NCBI GenBank assembly: GCA_017467335.1 | Contig: JAFTSJ010000027.1 | Span: 109 to 64,108 of the forward strand | Direction of reading: 5' to 3' | Length of the DNA stretch: 64,000 nt | Source of the DNA: Alphaproteobacteria bacterium | GTDB taxonomy: Bacteria > Pseudomonadota > Alphaproteobacteria > CAAHEQ01 > UBA3637 | Shown: piece after piece, positions 44,659-52,452 of the stretch | How positions within the stretch are numbered: the stretch's first letter is position 1 | How the letters are laid out: each line of letters opens with the position of its first letter | The notes under the pieces: model-generated | Databases searched by the model: none | What the model was told of the DNA's origin: nothing | The model's input: the letters and a program-made list of their open reading frames with translations, nothing else | Translations under genes and position numbers: made by a program

Positions 44659-47391
44659 ATGGAAATTTTAAACGCTTTTTTAAACGGATATTTTAAACAA
44701 AAAAATGCTGAAACCGGACGCAGTATGGTGGAAATGCTGGGCGTTTTAGCAGTTATCGGTGTTCTTTCAATCGGCGGGATTTATGGTTACACCTTTGCGA
44801 TGGATAAATATCGAGCAAACGATATTGTGTATGAAGTCAATCTGCGTGCCAATGATGTTTGGCATAAATATCAAGAACAACCCCTGCCTGATCCCAGTGA
44901 AGACGGCACGGATTTTGACGAATTTCCGGATACAACGGGAACGGGTTATCCGATTTACATGACATCACACCCCGATGTTGCTTTTAAAACATATGTTGAA
45001 GGTGTTTCTTCCCGTGTATGTAAAAATGTTGTGAACATGAACTTAAACGGTGTTATTCAAGGCATACAATTTGTGCAGGTTGCCCAAGGGGACGGGGATT
45101 TAGTCAAATATACAGGCAGTGCGTCGATTTGTGGGGAAGAAGAAACAGATAATACACTTGTTTTTACATCATTTTTGGATTCTGAAAGTAATGAAGGCGA
45201 AGGTCAAAGTGGTGACCCATGCGTTGAAGAAGAAGATTGTAATATGTTGTGTGCTCCCGTTACATGTGAAGACGATATGACATGTCATAACAGTTGTACA
45301 GGAACCTCAACACCATTTTGTTATGATAATGACAGTGGCGGTATTTGTGTTGAATGTTTAAGTAATAAAGATTGTCCAAATGAACAAATTTGTGATTTAA
45401 CGAAACATGAATGTGTGGCATTGCCTGAATCATGTGGCGAGGGCGACCGCTATGGCAAAGAATATCGGGCAGCAAATGGATCGTGTGTCAGTTGTGATTA
45501 TATGAGCGAAATTATCATCATGAACTCGGATGATAATGACGGTATTTTTGAAAAACAAGTTGGTAGTGTGTCTATTAAAGATACACATAGTGGAATAGAA
45601 ATGTGTCAAGCGTGTGCTTCGATTCAACACCGGATTGAAGAAGCAGGGACGGGCGATAACATTAAAACCTATTGTGCCACCGGTTGTATTAAAGGCAATA
45701 GTTTTTTAAGTAAAACAAGTGGTTGTATTCCATGTAATTCTTTAACGGAGATAGCCATTCCGAATGAGGATCAAGCACGATTACAATGTACGGCTTGCAC
45801 CAATCGGGTATGGTTTCGGGAAAATACGAGTCCTAGTGCGGATTATATCTGTGTTTTACGTACTTGTCCTGATGGTTATTTCAAAAATCATACCGGAAAA
45901 TGCCGTAAATGTGTCATAAACGGTTGGCCAAGCGATCAGGATTTTTACAATGCCATTATATGGTTTTCTTATTTAGGTACGTCTGCCGGTAATTTGGCAG
46001 AAGAATGGTCTGAAGGGTGTTTGCAATGTGCTAATGCAACTGATCCAAAACTGCGTAAAAAATATCAAGTCGTAAAACAAGGTAGTTCTTATGTTTGTAC
46101 AGATGTATGTGGTCCTAACCAATTCCAAGATTCAGCAGGAAATTGTTACGATTGTAATACGGAGGAAGCCCCCGGATTGGGAACATTTTCTGGGTGGGTA
46201 AGTGGTATGAAATCATGGTTAGTCAATTTATGCACATCCTGTACAACGGCAAAACGAGAAGTGCAAGATGGTAAATGTGTTAAAGTAGGTGATAGTGATT
46301 GTTCTTCAGAACCCGTGCCATCATTTATGGGAACAGATTATACATGTTATCCATGCACACACAATGCCCGTGTTCAGGTATTTACAGATGCCAACAAAGA
46401 CGGTGTTGATGATTACGGTGGGTGTACTTCCGTTTGTGGTGAGGATAAGCGATTTATGCTAAATGGCTATTGTTATAAAAAATGTGATGCAAATCAGGTT
46501 ATGAGTGTGTGGGGAGCCTGTCAAGACTGTTCTAAAATAGGATTGTCCTATAAGATTGGTGAAGGAAGTAATCCTCCTATTGTAGATGAATTATGCCGAA
46601 CGGCTTGTGGTAAAGGCACTCATGATGTTTATTCATGTGATTATATCTATTGTGCCCCAACAGATTGTGGTGAGGGGCGATTACATACATTGTTAAATGA
46701 TTATAATGGACCATGCGACAAGTGTCCGACAGCCAGTTCAAAATCAATTAACGTCAGATCAGATAATGCAACATTTAAAGCCGAATGTGAAGCCTGTGGA
46801 AATCATGCGTTTATCAATCAATATTGTGTTTATATGAATCCCAGTCAATCAGGCATTTGTAACAGTGATAGTCCAGATACAACCAAATGGTCGAATTATA
46901 CAGCCGGTATCGGCGTCCTTTATCGGGATAATACAGGTGTTTGTCGTCGTTGTGATGATCAAAGTAATTCATATGCGTCAACACAAACAGAATGCGAAAG
47001 TTGTATTGTAAATGGTGTTCAAATTCGTCGTTGGGTTGGAGGCAGTTGTGTCTATGGCGGTTGCAGTGAAGGTGATACATTCAGAACAGCAAATGGGTGT
47101 ACCAGTTGTACCACAAATGCCATCAAAGTTGCCACAACGGGACAAGATGCCGACTTGCTTTGTAATGCGTGCCATCGGCGAATTATGACAGATGTGAATG
47201 AAATAAAATATTGTGTTCAAAAATGCGATTCGGATGAATGGCAAGATATTAACGGCGACTGTTGGGGCGCAGAAACGGATGTCGGTAGTAATGAAATCGG
47301 TACGGATGAATTATCGGCTCAATTATGCCGAAATGTATCACGAACACCCAATAAAGATACCGCAACAGGAAAAGTGTATTGTCAACAATAA
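44659..47391 (+). CDS. Giant prepilin-leader protein with furin/VSP-like CxxC cysteine-rich repeats
   Basis: N-terminus MEILNAFLNGYFKQKNAETG|RSMVEMLGVLAVIGVLSIGGIYGY, with G at -1, E at +5 and a hydrophobic helix. The remainder contains 17 CxxC motifs in alternating C(P/G).G.(Y/F)....G.C..C and C..C units. Confidence 0.85.
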   Translation: MEILNAFLNGYFKQKNAETGRSMVEMLGVLAVIGVLSIGGIYGYTFAMDKYRANDIVYEVNLRANDVWHKYQEQPLPDPSEDGTDFDEFPDTTGTGYPIYMTSHPDVAFKTYVEGVSSRVCKNVVNMNLNGVIQGIQFVQVAQGDGDLVKYTGSASICGEEETDNTLVFTSFLDSESNEGEGQSGDPCVEEEDCNMLCAPVTCEDDMTCHNSCTGTSTPFCYDNDSGGICVECLSNKDCPNEQICDLTKHECVALPESCGEGDRYGKEYRAANGSCVSCDYMSEIIIMNSDDNDGIFEKQVGSVSIKDTHSGIEMCQACASIQHRIEEAGTGDNIKTYCATGCIKGNSFLSKTSGCIPCNSLTEIAIPNEDQARLQCTACTNRVWFRENTSPSADYICVLRTCPDGYFKNHTGKCRKCVINGWPSDQDFYNAIIWFSYLGTSAGNLAEEWSEGCLQCANATDPKLRKKYQVVKQGSSYVCTDVCGPNQFQDSAGNCYDCNTEEAPGLGTFSGWVSGMKSWLVNLCTSCTTAKREVQDGKCVKVGDSDCSSEPVPSFMGTDYTCYPCTHNARVQVFTDANKDGVDDYGGCTSVCGEDKRFMLNGYCYKKCDANQVMSVWGACQDCSKIGLSYKIGEGSNPPIVDELCRTACGKGTHDVYSCDYIYCAPTDCGEGRLHTLLNDYNGPCDKCPTASSKSINVRSDNATFKAECEACGNHAFINQYCVYMNPSQSGICNSDSPDTTKWSNYTAGIGVLYRDNTGVCRRCDDQSNSYASTQTECESCIVNGVQIRRWVGGSCVYGGCSEGDTFRTANGCTSCTTNAIKVATTGQDADLLCNACHRRIMTDVNEIKYCVQKCDSDEWQDINGDCWGAETDVGSNEIGTDELSAQLCRNVSRTPNKDTATGKVYCQQ

Positions 47392-47400
47392 TGTACATCC

Positions 47401-47421
47401 GGCGTATTTGTAAAAATACGC
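47401..47421 (+). terminator. Probable terminator hairpin
   Basis: ggcgtattt-gta-aaatacgcc, immediately after the stop codon. The T-run is weak. Confidence 0.5.
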
Positions 47422-47552
47422 CGTTACCATATTCAAAATCGGTGCTGTATTTGTAAATAAATAATTGTATTTTATATCAAAAAAGGATATTCTTGACATT
47501 ATAAACAAAATATGATAATAATCCTCTTTATATTTTTAATTAAGGAGAAAAA

Positions 47553-48155
47553 ATGTTTAAATGGATGTTTCCCCATCTTTTACCGATAAAACAAACGGAT
47601 ACAAAGCGAATTGAACGATTGTTTTCATCAGAAGAATTGGCTCATGAATATATTACAGACAATCGTATAGAAGATAAAGATTTTAATATTCAAGATTCGA
47701 ATGGTGATACGTTGCTTCATCGATATCCGACTTTGATTTTTGATTTGATACCTCGAGGAGCTAATCCGAATATTTGTAATCGGAAAGGTGATTCTCCCTT
47801 GATTATTGCTATGCGAGCCGGTGTATTTTCGATGTTTTTAGTTAATACCACGCATGCGGATTTGTTAAATAAGGTTTATTCTGACGGTCAAACAATTTTA
47901 ACAACTGCCTTAAAGATGGATAGTGTTAATTTGCGTATTATAGCCAAATTATTGGAAAAGGGAGCCAATCCCCTTCAACCCAATCGATTGGGGCAAACAC
48001 CATTTGATGTGAGTGCCATGTATCATCCGCATAATCAGGAATTACACCGATTATTACGCCGATATGTTCCAACACCTCAACAGATTAAACGGTCCCATCA
48101 TTTATTGAAACAGGTCGTTGCCGGTAAGGTTGAAAGCAATATACATGACAAATGA
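47553..48155 (+). CDS. Ankyrin-repeat protein
   Basis: DSNGDTLLH, NRKGDSPLIIAMRAG and DGQTILTTAL...LLEKGANP..PNRLGQTPFD are ANK repeats. No signal peptide. Confidence 0.85.
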   Translation: MFKWMFPHLLPIKQTDTKRIERLFSSEELAHEYITDNRIEDKDFNIQDSNGDTLLHRYPTLIFDLIPRGANPNICNRKGDSPLIIAMRAGVFSMFLVNTTHADLLNKVYSDGQTILTTALKMDSVNLRIIAKLLEKGANPLQPNRLGQTPFDVSAMYHPHNQELHRLLRRYVPTPQQIKRSHHLLKQVVAGKVESNIHDK

Positions 48156-49224
48156 TGAAATCAGACAAATTGCGGCTTCGTTATTAGAAACGATTGATGG
48201 TAAATCTCAATCAGCGAATGAAATTATCAATGCTTATACAAAATCACATCGGTATATTGAAGCACAAGATCGTCAGATATTACTGGAAATGATCTGGCGT
48301 GTTATTCGGTTGAAAGCACGGCTGGGATATGTGTATCCGACAGCAAGTTGGTATGATAAAATTGCTTTATCCGAACAACCTTTACCGGATTTAACGCACG
48401 CCCCTGATTGGATACGCTGGGAAGTACCCGAATGGTTGATTGCACATATCCCCAATGCTGAAAATGAATTGCCGGCTTTGTTAGATACAGCCCCGATTGT
48501 TTTGCGAGCCAATGGGCCACGAGATAAAATTATCAAAATGCTTCAAGAAGAAGGATTGAAAGTACATGCTTGTCAGCATTCTCCCTTAGGTATTATGTTG
48601 GAGGAGTATGTTAATTTAACGGATGTTAAGGCATACAAAAAAGGACTGATTGAAGTGCAAGATGAAGGAGCTCAACTTTTATCCATTGATATAGGGGTTA
48701 AACCGCATAGTGATGTGTTTGATTTTTGTGCCGGAACGGGTGGTAAGTCATTGATTTTTGCCCAATTGATGAACAATAAAGGATTGATACAGGCATATGA
48801 TATATCATATAAACGATTAAGTGAATTAGGAAAACGGGCACGGAGAGCCAATGCTTCTATTATTAAACCGGTTACACGGTTGCCCGAAACACATAAAAAA
48901 TTTGATTTTGTTGTTGTAGATGCCCCATGTACGGGAATTGGTACATGGAGAAGAACTCCCGATATGCGTTGGAATATTACACAAAATCAAATTGAAAGCA
49001 TTGTTCAGACACAATCTGAAATTTTGGATAAGGCATCTGATTACGTTAAAAACGGTAAATCTTTGGTTTATATAACATGTTCTTTATCACAAGATGAAAA
49101 TGAATTACAAATTCAGCAGTTTTTACAATCTCATCCTCGGTTTGTATCTGTTTTTGAAAAACGATATTCGCCATATTTAACACAAACGGACGGTTTTTAT
49201 TTGCATGTGATGCAAAAAAGATAA
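48145..49224 (+). CDS. RsmB/Sun-family rRNA (cytosine-C5)-methyltransferase
   Basis: SAM motif DFCAGTGGKS and catalytic VVDAPCTGIGTWRRTPD. Start taken at MTNDEI, which overlaps the ankyrin gene by 11 nt. Confidence 0.85.
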   Translation: MTNDEIRQIAASLLETIDGKSQSANEIINAYTKSHRYIEAQDRQILLEMIWRVIRLKARLGYVYPTASWYDKIALSEQPLPDLTHAPDWIRWEVPEWLIAHIPNAENELPALLDTAPIVLRANGPRDKIIKMLQEEGLKVHACQHSPLGIMLEEYVNLTDVKAYKKGLIEVQDEGAQLLSIDIGVKPHSDVFDFCAGTGGKSLIFAQLMNNKGLIQAYDISYKRLSELGKRARRANASIIKPVTRLPETHKKFDFVVVDAPCTGIGTWRRTPDMRWNITQNQIESIVQTQSEILDKASDYVKNGKSLVYITCSLSQDENELQIQQFLQSHPRFVSVFEKRYSPYLTQTDGFYLHVMQKR

Positions 49225-49284
49225 AAACATCTTGATTTATTTTTTTGTTTCTTTTATGCTAATTAAAAAGAGAAAGGGTAGGGT

Positions 49285-49755
49285 ATGCGTATCATTAAAA
49301 TCATTTCACTTATCAGTTTAGTTGTTTTTTTATCGGCTTGTCGGACGGAAAGTATTCAACCGTCATTCAAATCTGAAAATACGTTTGAAAACGGTGTTAT
49401 GCAGTCAACACCGAATTTTGCTCAATTTCGGGAAATTCCCATTCCGGAAAATGCAACAATGGATTTAGAAAGAACGTTAATGTTCGGAAATGATCCGTTA
49501 GTAGGGCGTTTGGCGTTTAAAGTACCTTATAATCAAGCGAATATGTTTGATTTTTACATGCAGGAAATGCCTAAGTTCGGATGGAATGAGTTGACAAGTA
49601 TTCGGGCTACGAACAGTTATTTAACGTATCAAAAAGATACACGTATGGCTACAATACAATTACGGTCAACTTCATTAAACGGGACAGAAGTTTTGTTTGA
49701 TGTTTCTTTAACTAAAAATCCGATGTCTGCTTCATCCGGTAAAAGTTACTATTAA
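49285..49755 (+). CDS. Lipoprotein of unknown function
   Basis: Lipobox VVFLSAC after a hydrophobic leader. 156 aa. Confidence 0.7.
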   Translation: MRIIKIISLISLVVFLSACRTESIQPSFKSENTFENGVMQSTPNFAQFREIPIPENATMDLERTLMFGNDPLVGRLAFKVPYNQANMFDFYMQEMPKFGWNELTSIRATNSYLTYQKDTRMATIQLRSTSLNGTEVLFDVSLTKNPMSASSGKSYY

Positions 49756-49779
49756 CAGGAAATAAGAGGTGTAATATAA

Positions 49780-50607
49780 ATGCGGTTTTTAAACTTTTTA
49801 TTTGCATCTAAAAAAAGTGAGTCTCCCGATACGTTAGGGGCATATCCGGAAGGTATGCAGGTTCGGGCTTTACCGGAACGGCGTTATTTAAAAACATCTC
49901 GTTTCTTGGCTGTGATTATTTTGTTGACAACTGCCGTTATGATGGTTGTGGCCGGTTTTTTTGTATATGTTGCTCAACGCATTGATATTTCCATTGCCAA
50001 CCGTCAAGTTGTTAATTTATACACGATCGATTCGGCCAGAAAAGTGATTGTTCCTGCAGAATATAAAGAAAAAGTTGTACGTGCAACGGATTTATATGTG
50101 GAATCGCTTTTACGTGATTATATTATCAAACGAAATGAAATTGTCTGGGATAATACCGAAATGAAATATCGGTGGGGTGATAACGGTCCGATAGCCGGTC
50201 TTTCGGATTATAAACGGGTTTATTCAGCGTTTCAATTGGAAGCTGATTTGATGTTTAGCGAATCCAGAGCAAACAATTTTGTGCGTGATGTTCACTTATA
50301 CGACTTAAATCGTTTAACAGGAAGCGTTTGGGAAGGTGTGTTTGATACCTTTGATATGCCGATACCGGATTCGTATAAGCCGTTATGTCCTTGTAAGGAT
50401 AATTCGAAAGCCTGTATTGAATGCAAACAAAAGCATGCAAGTCGTCATCAACGGTTTCGGGTTGTCATTCGTATTATAAGAGTTCCCGAAAAGCAGGTTA
50501 GTAATCCGTTGGGGTATCAAATTCGCAGTTATAATATTTTATATGTACCGATACACGAAGGTAAAAAATATTGGGATATTCCGGCAGATTTAAAGCCTGA
50601 ATTATAA
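49780..50607 (+). CDS. VirB8-like bitopic inner-membrane protein (type IV secretion component family)
   Basis: A cytoplasmic N-terminus of about 40 aa, one TM (FLAVIILLTTAVMMVVAGFFVYV), an NTF2-like periplasmic part with ATDLYVESLLRDYIIKRNEI, and the C-terminal NPxG motif (SNPLGYQIRSY). Confidence 0.55.
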   Translation: MRFLNFLFASKKSESPDTLGAYPEGMQVRALPERRYLKTSRFLAVIILLTTAVMMVVAGFFVYVAQRIDISIANRQVVNLYTIDSARKVIVPAEYKEKVVRATDLYVESLLRDYIIKRNEIVWDNTEMKYRWGDNGPIAGLSDYKRVYSAFQLEADLMFSESRANNFVRDVHLYDLNRLTGSVWEGVFDTFDMPIPDSYKPLCPCKDNSKACIECKQKHASRHQRFRVVIRIIRVPEKQVSNPLGYQIRSYNILYVPIHEGKKYWDIPADLKPEL

Positions 50608-50693
50608 TCTAAATAATAAAATACTTGAAAAAATAAGAAAAAGGGTGTAGGATTACGCTTACATTGTTTTAATAGAAAAAGAAAGGATTTTTT

Positions 50694-52403
50694 ATGCGTT
50701 CAAGTCGCTTGGTGTCCAGAAAACACAAAGAAAAACCGGCAGAAGCTCAATTAACCAGTCATATATTTTTATTACGGGGTGGTTATGTGCGTCCGTTAGC
50801 AAATGGTATTTATTCATTGTTAATGCCGGCCAAACGGATACAACAAAAAATTATTCATATTATTCAAGAAGAAATGGATAAAATTGATGGACAAGAAATT
50901 CAAATGCCGATTGTTTTGCCTCGTGAATTATGGCAAGAATCCGGTCGTTGGGATTCGGTTGAATCTGAATTGTTACGTTTCAAGGATAGAGCCAGTCACG
51001 ATATGTTGTTGGCAATGACGCATGAAGAAGCTGTTGTTGCGTTGGCTCGCACGGAAGTATCCAGTTATAAAGATTTTCCTTTCATGATGTATCAATTTCA
51101 AACCAAATTCCGTGATGAAGCCCGTTCTCGGGGTGGTTTAGTTCGTGTGCGTGAATTTATTATGAAAGATGCTTATTCATTTCATACCACGCAAGATGAT
51201 TTAGATAATTATTATGATAAATGTGCTCAGGCTTACCACACTATTTTCAAAAGATGTGGTATTCCGGAAGTTGTTTCCATTCAATCAGACAGCGGTATGA
51301 TGGGAGGAAAAGTAGCACATGAATATCAATTGCTTACAGATTCAGGTGAAGATAAAGTTGTTGTTTGTGAAAAATGTAATACGTATGCCAATGCAGAAGT
51401 TGCGACCGGTATTTATCAATCTCAACCGGAAGAAATGTTGGATTTTGAACAAATTGAAACACCAAATGTCAGAACAATTGATGAATTGGTTTCTTTTACG
51501 GGATTGCCGGAAGAAAAGATGGCGAAAACCGTTTTTTATACAACGGATAAAGGCGAAACGATTTGTGTGGTTGTTCGGGGTGATATTGAAGTCAATGAAT
51601 GTAAATTACAAAAAATTGTACAGGCAACATTGGCTTTTGCGACTGATGAAGAAGTTTTAAAAACAGGGGCTGTCCCCGGATTTGCTTGTGCTGTCGGCTT
51701 AACGTGTCGTGTTTTTGTTGATTATTCCGTTGCCAAAGCCTACAATTTGATTTGTGGTGCTAATAAAGAAGGCTATCATATGAAAAACTTTAATGTTTCT
51801 CGTGACCTGCCTCATGCTGATATTGTTGATATTGCAACAGTTAAGACGGGCGATATATGTCCGAAATGTGGGGGAGAGTTAACCATTAAACGAGGTATTG
51901 AAGTTGGTAATATCTTTAAATTGGGTACTCGTTATACCGAATCAATGCGGATGGTCTTCACGGATGAAAACGGAAAAGATAAGTATCCGATTATGGGATG
52001 TTATGGTATTGGAATTGGTCGTTTGTTGGCTTCAATTTGTGAGGTTCGTCATGATGATTACGGACCGATATGGCCGTTGTCTGTTGCTCCGTGGCAAGTT
52101 CAAATTTGTGCCGTAAAAATGGATAAACAAAATGTTTTTGAAACCGCTGAAACGGTGTACCATGATTTGCAACAGGTTGGTGTGGAAGTTTTGTTTGATG
52201 ATCGTAATTTGTCGGCCGGTGTTCAGTTCGCTGATGCAGATTTAACAGGTATTCCACTTCGGTTGATTGTTGCCCCTCGTGCTTTGGAACAAGGCATGAT
52301 TGAATATAAAGTACGGGGTACCAATGAAAATGGTTTAATTCCTATTGATGAAATTGTTTCTTTTGTTCAAAATTGGATTACAAAAGAAATGGAAAAATAT
52401 TAA
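50694..52403 (+). CDS. proS: Prolyl-tRNA synthetase
   Basis: 569 aa with class II aaRS motifs (FRDEARSRGGLVRVREF, GCYGIGIGR) and an anticodon-binding C-terminus. Confidence 0.95.
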   Translation: MRSSRLVSRKHKEKPAEAQLTSHIFLLRGGYVRPLANGIYSLLMPAKRIQQKIIHIIQEEMDKIDGQEIQMPIVLPRELWQESGRWDSVESELLRFKDRASHDMLLAMTHEEAVVALARTEVSSYKDFPFMMYQFQTKFRDEARSRGGLVRVREFIMKDAYSFHTTQDDLDNYYDKCAQAYHTIFKRCGIPEVVSIQSDSGMMGGKVAHEYQLLTDSGEDKVVVCEKCNTYANAEVATGIYQSQPEEMLDFEQIETPNVRTIDELVSFTGLPEEKMAKTVFYTTDKGETICVVVRGDIEVNECKLQKIVQATLAFATDEEVLKTGAVPGFACAVGLTCRVFVDYSVAKAYNLICGANKEGYHMKNFNVSRDLPHADIVDIATVKTGDICPKCGGELTIKRGIEVGNIFKLGTRYTESMRMVFTDENGKDKYPIMGCYGIGIGRLLASICEVRHDDYGPIWPLSVAPWQVQICAVKMDKQNVFETAETVYHDLQQVGVEVLFDDRNLSAGVQFADADLTGIPLRLIVAPRALEQGMIEYKVRGTNENGLIPIDEIVSFVQNWITKEMEKY

Positions 52404-52410
52404 TTCAGAT

Positions 52411-52440
52411 AAAAAAGTGTGCATTAAAGCACACTTTTTT
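52411..52440. terminator. Bidirectional terminator between proS and the U32 gene
   Basis: aaaaaagtgtgc-attaaa-gcacactttttt. Confidence 0.8.
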
Positions 52441-52452
52441 ACTGGGATTTCA

